Assembly (NCBI RefSeq): GCF_000150275.1
Contig: NW_002060944.1
Coordinates: 8,012,735 to 8,076,734 of the forward strand
Direction of reading: 5' to 3'
DNA length: 64,000 nucleotides
Source: Trichoplax adhaerens
Lineage: Eukaryota; Animalia; Placozoa
The position numbers were made by a program, and so were the translations under genes. This document shows, piece by piece, positions 1-15,100 of this stretch. Under the pieces are notes generated by a model. The model saw nothing but the letters and a program-made list of their open reading frames with translations. It was not told where the DNA came from and ran no database searches. Numbering within the stretch: the first letter of the stretch is position 1; the number at the start of each line of letters is the position of its first letter.

Positions 1-3000
1 CATTTATTAATTGTTTGACTAAAATGATGATTTATCAAAGGGAATTATAAATATAGCGGCGTCGAATTGAATGCACTAAACTCAAAATGAAGGTGTAAAT
101 AAAATTTCCCAAATTTAGATATGGATCATATCCTACATATCCCTAAAAAATTGACGTATACTCGTAGTGCAGAGAGCGAGAGAGAAAATCTATTGACATC
201 CATACTGCGATCATAATGATAGCAGATTATATTTTGAAATCATCGAAAATGTCAAAATAAATGATTACAATATTACATCCGTATAATGAGCATCTTTTTA
301 TCTCGTTATTCTATTCAGTTATAATTTCCAATCTTAGTAATAGTTATAGAAAATCAAGTATTAAAATAAGGTAATCATAGAAACTATATTATCTGCAAGT
401 AAATTTAATGCATTTATCTTCGCTTAAGGGAGTTGAGCTTCAAAATTTAGAAATATTTTCAATTTTGATCAGAATGGATAGAGATGAAGAAGAAAAAAGT
501 AGAAAATAATATTCTATAGCGCAATTGATAAGGAAATTGCTGATTATGTTGGAAAGATATTGAACTATAATGATGACATTGAAATGCTTAATGGAATGGA
601 ATAAATACTTGGCACCATCTTTTATTATTAACTTGCATTTTATATTTGATAGCACGTTTTGGACTAATCTATCGAGTAAATAATATATTATTCTCGTCAA
701 CAGCAGTCTATATTATATATTGTATAACGATATAGTTCATTCGATAGAAATAGATGGGATGGACATAACTTTAGTATCCATAACGATATTTTTTATAATA
801 TATGCCTTAATAAACTGTTTAATTAGTAGATGAAATAACGTTGATAAAATGAGATGCAATCTTTGATGCAGATCTTACATGGAAAATAAAATTATACTGC
901 TGCCTACTTAAGGTCCAATTATATATGCAAAGACATATAAGCTATAATTATCTTAATTGCAATATTATAACGACGAGGTCATGATTTATTAAGATATGAA
1001 TTTTTTATACCATCATAATGAATAGATATGAATGTCAAGGATGAATAGACATCTCAATTCATTTTCACTAGTTATTTGTAGAATTTAAAGAACAACATTA
1101 TAAGAAATAAAATATAACCAAGTTATGCCGCAAAATGATGACGTAAATCAACTTAGGAAAATAGAAAAGAAGGCGACATAGGAGGTTAATTAAAGCATCT
1201 CGTCAGCTAATAAAATCAACTTGGTCAATTAGGTTAATAATGCCTCAACTCGATGATAATGTTGAAGGAAGAAAGCCCAATGACTAGGAATATTTAAGAT
1301 ATCAAAATGTGATGATTAAAAAAACTACGCATAGATTAATCTTTGACTGTGACTGTATATATATTTAAAGTATGTACTTGTGGTAATTGAAGCTATCATT
1401 TCTCTGTTGCTATGGCTAAGCAAATAGTTTTGATCAATATAGCTATTATTATTTAAAATAGAGGACTATATCTTTCTATGTTTATATATTTCTGAAGTAT
1501 TGCATTACTAAAATCGTCATTATAATCAAGAAACGATTATAATTATCGTTACCTTAGCCTATTCTTACGACTATTGTCATGACGATAGCTAAGAGGGTAA
1601 TTTATGCCCCCAGACGAAAAAGATAATTTCAACGGCATTTAAAACAAGAGAAGCTATGATGACAATTGGATATAGCTAGGATGAATTAGAATCATGAACA
1701 ATAGTAAATAAAATACAAATAAATACTGTTAAACATGTCAATATCAAAAGTTAAATTAAGCTTTCCGAGACGTTGAGATTGCATGTTAACCTTATTGCTG
1801 TACTTTATATTTTATCGAGTCTAATAGAAATCAGTTGGTCGTTAATTTAATACCCATTCCTCTCTCATCTATATCTTACAATTTTATTCAGTCTTTTCAT
1901 CATCAATGATGGAGAAATAAATTAGTTAATAATGAAAAGAATAATTCATTCCCATAAACGTTCAAGCTAGTTTCCCATCTTTTAGTAACGCTATGATTTC
2001 CATGTCACATTCAATAAAATGACGATATTACTTATGTGCAATGAATACAAATCGCTTACTCTGGCTATCATTTTTTGTCATTTAATCATAGCAAAAGTTA
2101 AATTGATAAGGCAAATAATATAAACATAAATTAAAAGTAATAGACAATAGCCAATGATTGATCACTAATTCTAATGCTATCATCTAAATCTAATATATTG
2201 ATATCCACAAAGAGTCCAAAGACAGCTTCTATCAATTATAGGATAACATTATCTTATTCGCCTTTTTCTTACTGGCAGAAGGATATACCATATATTCATA
2301 ATACATTTTCATGTGCTCATATTTTATACTCATTCTTTTTGGAAGTAAGATAGGAAATCCCCAAAAAAACTTCTTATAGAACGCACCTTGCTACGCCGTC
2401 ATTTATTTCTCATTGTAGTTTGATTGTTAGTATGGTGATTATCTTTCAACGTTAAGTTTGGAAATAAATCCATGATACATTCACATTTTAATCATAGCTG
2501 AGTGAAATGGATAATTTATTCTTGGTTAAGGCAAATAGATTTACTATTTTACTTCTACTTTAGCTTATCATTAAGTACGATTCCTATTGCCAATAATAAT
2601 TTGTATAGTTACGACGTTGCAAATACAGATGATGGTTACAAATATTACATCATGATCTAAATGAACATTCCTCAATCTAGCTGCAGTTTATACAGTGTCG
2701 ATTTGGATCAGTATAGTAGAATGGAAATCAATAATAAAGTACATAGATGAGTCTGAAACCTGCTTCATTAACAATTTAAAAACTATCATTTATTTTTGAT
2801 GTCATCTAGACCTTGATAGCAAAAAATTCAATTATCTGCCATGTTGCCCTTTGACTTTGTATATGTCATATATATATATAGGTTACGGCCATTCCTAAGA
2901 ATGATTTTGTCCTTAACATATATATAAAGTAAAGGAAATTGATACCGAACCAATTTTTCTGCTTATATCTGAATCAGGATAGCTAATACAGATGCTATTA

Positions 3001-4760
3001 ACACATCTTGACCTATGAATTTTTAGATTAAAGAATTGCTATATGATTCATTCTATACATAATTTGCTTCCCTATTCTTATCGTAATGGTGGCAAATTGT
3101 TCTGGCGCTCAGATATCGAATTATGTACTGCAGTATAGGAAGCTATCCTAAAGAAGTTGTTAGCACTATCTTTAAGTTACATTAACTTTAGCTGTGACTT
3201 AAAAATTGGTGTAAGTGAATTAATGATGTTTAAGATCTACTCCACAACTCATATTAAATATCAAATATTTAGCAGTACAATCCAGATGCAATGATTGGTA
3301 ATGGCTAAAATTAGAACAGTGATTCATACGAGCGAGAAACAAGTAATAGACCAATCTTAAGTTCTTTGTTTAAACTTTGTCAGTTAGTTGGATTAGTATT
3401 TACGCAGGATAGAGAAATGCACATACCCCCAAAAATCATAAAATATAAGTATTTATGACCTGCTTCATGATTCAAGTTAAACATCTATTTATCTATATTC
3501 AATTTCAGTCGCCTTGCTAATCCCTATTGGTACTATATAGCGTACTATTTACTGCATCTATAGTAAAAGAGATTGTTTTAAATATACCTATTTATCGCTG
3601 TGGTAGATTACGTCAGTTTTAAAATCCTCTGTCTTGATATTGAACTACATCTAAACTACAGATCATGCAGATCTACTTTATGATTCATTTTCAGTGGCAA
3701 TCATTTTACTAGCTTTCTAGAAAAGGTTAGTAGAGTCTAATGATAAGAATACAATATCAACGTATACCGCTAAGGAGATACTTAATAGTTAAAGTAAAGT
3801 TCTTTCTTTCGATTGTACTTTAAGTTGGAGTAGATATTAGCTATGGCGAATTAGAGTATAATCAATTAAGTTACTAGGCATATCATAGATGATTTCCTAA
3901 TGCTGCTTACTTAGAGGCATGCGATACTTGTTAGATGCGATTAATGAACATTTCTCAATATGACTGTAGTAAGTTGTAGTATAGAGAATGATACACGTCT
4001 AATCCTTATGTCAATGTTAAATCAAGATATCTTTGGAACGATAAAGGTAAATCTTCTCGATCAAGTTTATTCACTAATTTCAACTGAAAGAATATATGAT
4101 CTATTGAATAATGACATCATTGCAATTTTCAAGTAAATCGATTATTTTCTAATCTAACTGAATATGAATATCATTTGCCATTATCTTACTAGTTATGAAT
4201 ATTTACCCGATAGTAATTATAATAATTCGTTGAAATTCTCTCAAGTTGAATTTTTTTAGCTGGATGACCAAGGACAGTAATCTGGATGACTACCGGTTGT
4301 GTCAATGATCTGATCCTTGACTGAAGATATTATATATATATCAACTAGAATTCTATCCTTCGATCTCATAGCGGTGTGATAAACGTCATCAAGGTTGTCC
4401 TCGACAACAATAACAACAATGCATTCATTCTTTTCATCTTTCAATCAACAATCAAATGTATTTGTTGGTATATGTATCATCAATGTGTAGATTGATTAAT
4501 GCCTGACTCTTTGTCACCTATGGTATACAATTGGATTGATGGTTAGAATAAGAACGCGATGCTGTAGTGATGGATTGGATCACAAATTACTGATTGGATA
4601 TTCTTTTAGCTATCGAAATAAGGCGGGAGATCCCCGACTGTGATAATTATCTCAACAAATTAAACTATGCGTCTATTTCATACAATTGATCATGATAATG
4701 CATCCAAATGATTACGTTAATAATCTACTATTATGATCATGGTTAGTACTAAGATGAATG

Positions 4761-5006
4761 TTGGACTACTACTCTCCCCATGTAGCCAACTGTAGATTAG
4801 AAATTAAGATGGATAAGATTAGTAGAAACACTTATGCCAATGAGCGACATTGGATTAAAATAGATGCAATCGATAGAATCATAGCTATAACGAGAACGAA
4901 TATTGGATTACTCTCCTCATGCAGCCAACTATAGGTTAGAAATCAAGATGGATAAAATTGATCGACATATCGACGAGTAATAATGGATCGAAATTAATGC
5001 AATCGA
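4761..5006. repeat. Diverged tandem duplication, period ~140 bp
   Basis: TACTCTCCCCATGTAGCCAACTGTAGATTAGAAATTAAGATGGATAA versus TACTCTCCTCATGCAGCCAACTATAGGTTAGAAATCAAGATGGATAA. Confidence 0.75.
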
Positions 5007-5682
5007 ATTTGCAATAAGAATAACTGCAGACTGTAGAGTAGCACAGCTATGAGCAATTTTGAAATAAGAAAGTAGAATTTGAAGAATATTACTTTAGTAG
5101 AATCTAATCATTTATGAAAATATAGAAATGATTATTGGTAGTAGAAGCGAAAGCCAATAGCGATTTGAGATAGGATATGCGTAATAGAATTCTTATAATT
5201 AAAATTATGATCTAATATCATGATCAATAAATTACTGTAAACTAAGGAAATAGTCAGGGGTCGTTGTTATAGAAAGATCAGCTATAGGGATTAAATAGGT
5301 CGTATAGCAGTAGAGACATCAACTATTTTTGTTCCAATTTCGTAGTAGGTGAATTAATTATTAGAGGTTACATGAGCAGTTAAAGGTGAAATTGCCACCA
5401 TTAGCAACTTATAATATAACATCATTCTTTCTCTTCTATACCAAGCTACCAGGAAGACTTACGGGTTACGGCATTTATTATGATAAAATCGCTTCTAATT
5501 AGTATCAAACAATATTAACCACTTAAAGGTAATGCTTATGATGCTTTCTATTGAATGTATTTTGGATTCTAGCTACCTTTACTATCCAGAAATTACGGCA
5601 TATATCTATCGTTGGGCCATTGAAACTTATCACGAAAACGTTAATATCATTATTTCATAGCCCGCTAGACTTAACAACTACA

Positions 5683-5718
5683 ATGATGATGATGATGATG
5701 ATGATGATAATGATGATG
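5683..5718 (+). repeat. (ATG)n microsatellite
   Basis: (ATG)8 ATA (ATG)3. This explains the poly-Met in ORF 5551-5772. Confidence 0.9.
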
Positions 5719-6928
5719 ACATTTTGCAAAAGAATAATACATCATATTGATTTTCTGTTTTCTTCTCTTTGATGATACTTTCGGCATTCTCGCCTGGAAC
5801 ATAGGATTTAGCTCTTCTTTTCATTAACCGCTATATTCAATTAATTATTGTTTCTCAATGAATAAAAACCCAATCCATGACAATTGGTTTTAATTCTTTA
5901 CGTGCCCACTATTCTTACAATCTCCCGTTGGTTCTAATAATCATCCATCTTCAATTCTTTCCTTGTTGACTTTGATACTGTTATTTCTTATATCAATAGT
6001 GATAACGGGAAGCTTCTATATTTATTTTTGAGAGATAGATCAAAAGCTGCCCAATGTCGAAATTATTGTTTCAGAAATTATATTAAAATGCTTTTCCATA
6101 TAAAGATGTAAACCAATTTGATTTTTATCTCATCGTATTTCTCATCCGTAAAAACTGCATTGCTCTTACTGATTTTCAAATAGAATAAAAAAGTCAAATG
6201 AATTTTTTTTGCTTTACACAGTATCTTATGCTTATTATTATGATTGCAATATAATTCTGTTTTAATCAAGATACGCATAATTCTATACTAATGTTAAAAT
6301 TTTAATATGTAAATTACTGATGATTATAGCGGGACTATAATTACCATAAATTAAGATCTAAAATTAAATAACTAGTTTTATTTATGGAGCACCGAATTTC
6401 GGTTTACTGAAGCTCTTCGATAAACCTATAATTACTTCAATGTCATTTTTATAAAAAGAATAAAATTTTCTTCCATTGCAACTGTTTGTACATAAAATGC
6501 CGCAAATCTGAACTACGGTACGATAATGCACTGCTATAGCATCATTTCTATCTGGACAACATTTTTCATGAAATATGCGAAACTTGAGATTAATCCATCT
6601 GTCATGCTATTATTTCCATATGAAAGTCATATTCTGTTACGTATTTAAGAACTAATATGCGGAAAGAGAATCCATGGCATGATTTTCAACTAGGGACAAT
6701 GAGAAATTAGAGAAATAAAGCAAGGGCTACATATTATTGAGATGAATAAATGCATATGTGCAATGCATTGTAAAATATATTGATTAGATATAGCCCCAAG
6801 CAAGTATGCTAATCAATTAGGAATGACAACACGACGATTTGATATGTTCGCTACGTATATATAACAAGATAAATGGTTTTATAATAAAACATGGATCTTT
6901 CGATGGGATTCCGTAAATGCGTATACGA

Positions 6929-7210
6929 AATATGGAAAGTAGCAAAGTGGCTTAGCTAACCTCTTATTGTTATACCTTAACGGTAAGGAATGCACGTAGT
7001 ACATGTTGTAGCTTCTGTATATTTTATCATTTTATCACCAAGAATTTACCAGTATATCCATTTATCGAGATATGGAAAGTAGCAAGGAAAACTCAGTTAA
7101 CGTCATACTATTATTATTATGCCTTAATAGTACGGTAAGGAATAATGCATGTTGTGGCTTTTGTATACTTTGTGATTAACCATCATGAATTTACTAGCAT
7201 ATCCATTTAT
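6929..7210. repeat. Diverged tandem duplication, period ~140 bp
   Basis: Both units begin ATATGGAAAGTAGCAA and end ATATCCATTTAT. Confidence 0.8.
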
Positions 7211-10159
7211 TATTTTCTAGTGCAAAAAAAGCAATCGCTGCAAAAATGACATCATCATTTGTATGATTTTTTATCCAAAAGTAAGCGATTACCTAGCAAT
7301 CTATATATTCAAATGCAAAGTAAGTAGCAATAATTTTATAATTTAAGAATACGTAAATGGTATGTCATCAAGCTAACTCATTATAGTCATTTTTGTTTGA
7401 TATAAATGCAAAGTCAATAGGCAGCTATGATGTCATCGTTGATATATGATTTTGTCTAGTCGGTAAAGTTCAACCATAATCTATCAAAGTTACAGCCAAC
7501 TTTACCTAATGTGTGCAGATAGAGAATAATTATATTAGTTTGAGCTTCATGATTCCATTCATTTGCTTTTGACACATCGATATTTGTTCATTCTAAAATA
7601 AAGGATAAATAGCCAATACAATGATGTAGAAGCTGCAATAATTGTAAAATGCTTTCAGGAAGTCATCAGCTACGCTCGTATCCAACATTGAATATCTTTT
7701 ACTCTATCAAAATTATGGCTGCAGGTATGAAATCAAGCGATCCATAGCGATCCGCTAAGTGATGGGATTTTATTGACCCCGGGCAAAAAAATTGAGATTT
7801 AAATTATCGATCATCAAGATCTAATCAAGAAGTAAAACTATGATTAAAGTAGACTTTGTTTTTTTACATTACACCTGAAAAGGATGGCAAACTTCAAATG
7901 ATTATTTTCAACTCTATTGATGATTGAATTGTAACAATAGGAAATGATCCAAGTCAATATTAAATTTTGATTACTTTGTCTATTCAAGTTATGTCGATGG
8001 GCATTATTGTTATTGAGGGTGTTGAGGAGGTGTATTCTTTTGAAATAGGCATTATTCCATCACATGTACAAATTGTTATTCTTCCTCAGGGAAAATGAGG
8101 TTGTCATTATCATCAAGCTGTAGGATCACAATCAACAAACAATACAATATCAACATCATCCTATATCATGCAATATCGACATTGTTGCTTACTCTCTACT
8201 CAATCCATTCAAATCAAGAGATTCGATTTAGTCAGCTAAAATAGACGTTCAACTTTCAACAGGATAATGTTATCCTGTTATTTTTGTAGTTATTTCTTAG
8301 TGATTTTCTAATTAAATCATGATCCATCATCGATCGATGGAAATTGGTAGACTGTATTATTATACGCAAATAATTTACCTTTTCTATTTTACTCATTCTC
8401 TCTATCATTCCCCCTTTCGTCTATTCTCCTTTAAAACAATGTTGCACTCTTAATGATAACTTTAAATATTAAGAAATAGATTAAAAATGACTAGCGGAAA
8501 TGATGACATCAATCTAATATAACAATATTCGTCATCCACTACTCATGATCGCAAAACAATTCTTTCCTGTCGCCTTTTCCTCTTGATCTATATATATAAT
8601 TTTGTATATAATTCTGAAATATTTTAATTCCTGATCTTACATATTAAAATAGGATCATTAGATAACGTGATAAAACAGAATTAATCAAAATTTATTAGAA
8701 TTATTATTTGAATTACTGATCTAGACTTTTCCCTATGTACAAAAATCGATAACTTCAATGCAGAATATGTATGATTTTAGCATTTTTTATTATATTAGGT
8801 AACTTGGACATTGCAAAAGCAATTAATGTAATTTTCTTGCTATCTAAGGTCTGATAGAACTTGATCCATTTGCCAATCAACAAAATAATATAGGATAAGT
8901 ATCATTTACTATCCTTCCTTATCGGGCAACTTGAACATTGCAAAACAAACTAAATACACCATATCAGGTTTCCTCTCTTCCTGCAGATCATTGTTATCGA
9001 CCTTTAGAAATAAGCAGGGTCATTCTAACTTAACTTACTACTATGAACAAGCTTCACGAGTTTATGGGGCAATAATTATTTAGAATCAATTTTATGGGGA
9101 AACTATCTTCAATATGTCAAGAAACTACGTCTATTCCCCAATCTCTGAACAATTAATTTTTAACTGTATTCTAATTCATGACACACATTCCGTTAAGTAA
9201 CTGTATAAAATTGAAGAAATAGTAGGAAAATAATACGATGATATTTTAATTTTTCAGTCATGTTAAAATGGATCGACAGTTTTATACACTGAACCTGAAC
9301 GTAAAAGACATTTCTATTAAGAGGACAGTTCGTATAATCAGTACTAAATTTTTTATCTGTCATTTCAGAGTGTGCGACTGAAATGGCGAAAAATTGCTGT
9401 CAAAGTATTATTATTCCGATGTATAATTAGGACTTTAACAGCAACTATGATTAAGTCCCATATCCCTTCAGGATGGCAACTTACAGTTCATTAACACTTA
9501 TAGTCCATATCAGTTTCTATCATGGCTTCTGGATGTGTTTTAAAGACTTCCCCTCTCTGTCAAGCCTTTATTAAGTCCCTCTATATTAGAGGAAGATATT
9601 AAATAGGGCATTGGTAGAAATTTAATTTTTACTAATATTTCTATAATATCGTGATGACAATTGCTGTTATGTGCTATTGTCATTTTAGAAGCGAGATAGG
9701 AATTTGAAATCAGCATTTCATTCTTAAAAATTTACAAATAGGCAATAGAATTGATTGATGATGTAAAACAGAAAGAGATTAAAAATTTTGATCATTCTCT
9801 TCACTGGTAGCCGTCATTTTAAAGTGAACCATTTTTCCTGGATACAACTAGAAAACTATGTCAATTAATTTTTCCCTTTCTATCAAATTGAATCTCCTCT
9901 CTAGCTAAGTAGCAATTGGTGCAAATATTAAGTTAATCTCTCCAAATATTATTCAAACTTATTGTATAGAGACGATTGTTATCATTTAATAATTTACCCT
10001 AGCAATCGATGATACAACTACACGTAGACGGAAATAGAAATCCTTTACTTCCAATCAATCATGACAGTCATGGCTTTGAGTCAAGAAATAACCTATAACC
10101 GTATTAATTTAAATAACATCTTATCCAATCCAAGATGACGATTACTATTTTTAGGCAAT

Positions 10160-10558
10160 AATCTCAAGATAGAATCGTATTTAAAACTTCAATTCTTGAT
10201 TATTACTATCCGATTCTGAAAATAATCACTTCTGCCAATTGGTAAATGTGTTTGAATAAATTATATATGTGCATATTAAACCGCATTCGATTTATGGTTC
10301 CAAAATAGTCAATATCGCAGGAAAATATGGATCAATTTTTTGTATTACCTTTAATCATCATGTCATTCTTAAGATAAAATCGTATGAAAAAACTTCAATT
10401 CTTGGTTGTTATACTACTAGATCCTGAAAATAATCACTTCTACCAATCAATAAGTATGTTTGAGTAATTATTTTAAACCGCATTCGATCCATGTTGCTAA
10501 AATTGTCAATGTCACTGAGAGATGTCGATCATTTTTCTGTATTACCTTCCATCATCAT
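10160..10558. repeat. Diverged tandem duplication, period ~205 bp
   Basis: The blocks AAAACTTCAATTCTTG, CTGAAAATAATCACTTCT, TAAACCGCATTCGAT and TGTATTACCTT each occur twice in the same order. Confidence 0.85.
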
Positions 10559-11708
10559 ATACATTGTTTGTAATTGAATCATACTGTAGGGAAGAAAGTT
10601 AAAAGAAATTCAAACTATATTACTTCATCCATTGCATGTTGATGATGATTCTTATCGGAGTCATTCTTAATGAATTGAATAAGATAGAATGTTGAAAAAT
10701 CTTTTTTTTATCCCAGTCATCATAAGCATTATTCTAAGTTAGTCAATTAATCGATAAAGAACAATATAGGTAGGAAATAATTTAAACTGGCTTAAGTGTC
10801 GATATTGGTTGAAACTGTAGATGGATAAGAACTAAACTAGCCGAGATTGATCATTGGTGATCCGATGAATAATTATTCTAATCCGTTGGTGTTCCGTGTT
10901 GTTATTTCCTTTAAAATGGAACAACGTAGTATTTAAAATGAATTTGAATTGAAAATAATGTCCTCTATACAATAATTCAATACAAAATTAGCATACAAAG
11001 TAAAGAAAGGCGGCTATCGATGACCTAGATAAAAGAAGTCAAACAACCAAGCCAATTATATTGTCGATTCAATTATAGCTCGAATATTATATCATTTCCT
11101 CTTTTTTTGCAAATTAAAAATGGTTTATCATCTTGAACCTAACTCTAATTTAATATCGATGTTAGCCTATTTCTTATTGTTCAACTTAGGCAAATCTATC
11201 ATTTTAGAAAACCAATTCTAACTGAAAATATATCATCAAGCAGAGTTAAATGATTATCTTGTGTAATAAGAGATTAATGAATATAATAAGAACCTAGAGA
11301 TTATAGGACTACGATTTTTAATTTAAGCTCGGATAATAACTTGGAAAGCTATTGACTCTCTTTGACTACAATTTTAAACGTAATTAATTATCTTTAACGA
11401 ACGGCTGATTATTTTATTCGTTCAAATTCTTTCGATAGCTTTGAAATTTCGGATAAAAAGTATGTTTGAACAACTCTGTTGACAATATTAGGTCAGCGCT
11501 ATGATGGTCCGTCAATTATGTTGATTTATTAAACAGTTTAAATAATAACATTTTACTCCTTATCCACCCTTAGGATCAGAATTAATTTTGATGAGCTATA
11601 GGTCAAAGGGTCAACGTGACCGTCATGGCATCATCAAATTAATTTAAAGTATACGTCAGGGTACGATAAAGTCAGGATGTGCAATGAAGACTAAAAATCA
11701 ATATTCCG

Positions 11709-12120
11709 TCTATCCAATTGATGGCTTTTCGATCATTCTTCCCTTCCAAACACTACCTTGACCAATAGGTACTGCTAATTTCAGGAATTAAACTTATAAA
11801 ATGATTATCTCAAACCAATCTGTTACTTTAATTTCATGCTCACTTTGAGAATATAACTAATACCTCGCTAAGTCATTCTTGTCGAACGTAAAAGATGATC
11901 CAAGTCAAAGAATGTAAATCAACATTCCATCCATCTAATTGATGCCATTCAGATCATTCTTCCCTTCCAAACACTACCTCGACCAATAAGTACTGTCAAT
12001 TTCTAGAACTAGACTTATGAAACGATCATCTTAAACCAGTCTGTTAACTTTAATTTAATGCCCACTTCAAAAATACATATACAACTTCGATAAATTCTTC
12101 TTTTGGAAAGTAGGAGATGA
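11709..12120. repeat. Diverged tandem duplication, period ~221 bp
   Basis: The identical 28-mer GATCATTCTTCCCTTCCAAACACTACCT occurs twice, with colinear similarity on both sides. Confidence 0.85.
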
Positions 12121-15100
12121 TTGGTGATATAGGAATAAACCTAGTTATTTCAGGACAGCCTAATTTATCCAAGCTAGTTCACTTTGAATTTAGCCAATTT
12201 TAATTCTTCTATTTAATACTATCAAACATTTGCTACACTATATTGGCTGTAGGCTATTAAAATATCGTCAATGGCATTATTATTATTGCTACCTATCAAG
12301 AAACTAGTGCTGGAGCGCTGGAAAGATACATCTAAATGACAGTGAGTTGTAGCAGTTTAAATACGAATTACATTATGCTCGTGCTAGTTGACGATGATAT
12401 AATACTCAAGAATTATTTGTTGCACTTTGGTAACAATATAGTTATTCTCACTGTCAAAGAATCATTATGTGATAGAGTAGTTGCGAAAGCTAAATAGCAG
12501 TTAGAATAAATGCTAAAAACTTATTGAAGGTTGAAATAAAGACAATAAAGAACAAGTATAAAAAATTTGTCTGATGAATAAAACCATCATCAATTAATAT
12601 ATAATCAATATTTTAAAGATTAAAACAAGATCACAACTGATACTTTCATCATCAACTAGAAAGAATGATAGAATAATACATATTGAATCATTTTCAATGA
12701 AATAAGATGGCTATAGTTAGAGTATTTACATTTATTAAGGTAAAAGAGCAAAATTAGTCTGATCTAATACTGTCGCAAATAAGAGAATAACTTATGATTG
12801 CGATATTTAATGGTCAATTTTATGTCAATATCTTCAAAATGATATATTCGACAAAGCAATAAAATGATCAAAGTCAAGATTTTAACAATCAGAATAAATT
12901 AGATGAAAACTTGTAACGAGAACATCATTAGGGTATAAGCTGAAAATAAATCTTTAAAACTATATCAAATTTTTATCAGGTCTTGACATTATTGAAACTG
13001 TAAAAGAATATTAAATGTTGATGGGTAAAAATTTTAATGGAATGATGGGGTTAGCTTGTTTTAAAAATAAGAAGTTTTAATTTTTAATATATTGGATAAG
13101 ACTGTTAGAATGTTTAAAATTATGTAGGTATATCAGTCAAGAACTCATAAGAGAAATTGGCTATAATTACTGAAACTCTTGTAATAATCCAATAATAAGA
13201 ATTATTTTACTTCCACTATTCTATTATCCTAAGAGATGCAATTTTAGAAATGATTCTTGTTCATTTTACATCAGTCCGTGTAAACCTCGTCATAGTATAT
13301 TTATCAGAAAATTAATTTTAACATCTAGACATACAGTAGATTGGCAATATAAAGAAGAAAATTGAAGTTTTAGCAGCTGATTTCAAACCCCAATTCTTGG
13401 TGAAATTCGAATGTGTTTTAAAGTCAATAATTACAAATTACAGATGAAAGGTTAGCAATAACTTACGATATCTCTGCAGAGTATTCCAATAACCAAGAAG
13501 ATTTATTAGAATAGATTTGAATTGTCTGGTAAGAGAGAGCTTGATGGAAAGATTGACCAATTAAACTAAATTGTGAAATCAATTTCGCAAGGATTCATCA
13601 ATGCAACATGGAAAGGGAGAATCATTTTCCATTTACATACTATCTTATCCTAATCAATTAGAAATGATGATGAAAAAGTAGAGTAACTTACGATTGATCC
13701 AGGGGTTATTCAACTGAATAATCGATAGGAGGTAGGATATTTCAATCCGTTAAGATAGCTAAGAGAAGCGAGAAATAGAAAATAATCTGCAATGCAAAGG
13801 TGTTGCTACTGTCAACTGAATTTATTTGTATCGACAATAAGTCGTGGTTCCAAGTGTCTAATAAAATTGTCGTTGTCGAATAAAGATTGCATCTATTGGA
13901 CATGCATTATGTCAATAGATCAAAGTAATAAAGGATAATTGTTATTTATATTATTGTTAGTATTCTTTGATTTACTTGTTATTTATTATCTTCTATGTTG
14001 ATATCAACCTCTAATGTATATTTTGTGACTTTAGAAAGAGGTTAAAGGGGGTGGAGAAAGGTAACTCCTTATTCAACTTTTTTACTCACTTACTTTACAC
14101 ACTCTCATTCTACTTGTCTTTTGTACTATACTTATTTATATTCAGGTCTTTTTGATTGAAATAATAATAGCATCTATTATTAACATCGATTCAATACAAC
14201 AAATTATTTCAAATCAACATGATAACGAGCAGAAAAAAGACCAAGGAGGAGGGAGGTAAAATGTCTTGCTTGTTTGTTGTTCTAGTCAATGAGAATCGTA
14301 AGTATAGAAATAGATGATAAGTAATTATCTATTCTATTTTATTATTTTGTTATTTCTAATTTCCTGCTAATGTATTCTTCATCTTGATCAGTTGTCAAAT
14401 TCTAAATACAATAATAGCATTGAATTGTAACTGTACTAATGGAGAGAAATCTACTCTAAAATACGTACTAAATATAGCCCAAATCAATGAAAAGAACCGG
14501 CATAATCCAAAACAACAATATTTGCTTCCTGATCACGATCAGAACTTCTCTCATAAGGTTGAAAATTAGCCTTAAATTGCTTAAATTACCTTAGAATGAA
14601 ATGTGGATATTAAAAATAAAGACGCATAAATTAATACAGAAGGAAAATAAAAAAACCTAGACAGGATCCCTGTGATACCACGTCTAAGCAGTATCGGACG
14701 CGAACTCCAAAGAGCATCTTGCCATAGAAATTTATTTTCTGATTTCGATAACCTTGCTTATAACTTGTCACCACCTCTTTTAACACCCCTCTTAGCCCCC
14801 CTTCTGCTTTAAATCCATAAATAAAATATTCCAGTTTTGAATAATTGTCATCGTCGACTCTATGTAAAACAATTTTTGTCAATTCTCTATAACACGTTAA
14901 TCTATGTCTTTTCTTTCTCATTTAAGTTCCGTGGGCAGATATTTTGTATTAGTCAAATTTGGTCTATTATCACTATTTATACCGTCCTATTACTCTGGGG
15001 CTAAATAATGCTGTAGTACTGGTATAGCATGATGGATTTAATAATTGTAAAATCGAATAAGTGATTAGCAAATAAAAAATTGCTCATATTTTAAATTACT

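Noticed and set aside
5551-5772. ORF with a poly-Met run
   Set aside because: Produced by the (ATG)n microsatellite, with no protein-like composition elsewhere.
9258-9400. Exon/intron-like pattern (acceptor 9257, donor 9301, acceptor 9368)
   Set aside because: There is no meaningful ORF, and such splice-like words are common in AT-rich DNA.
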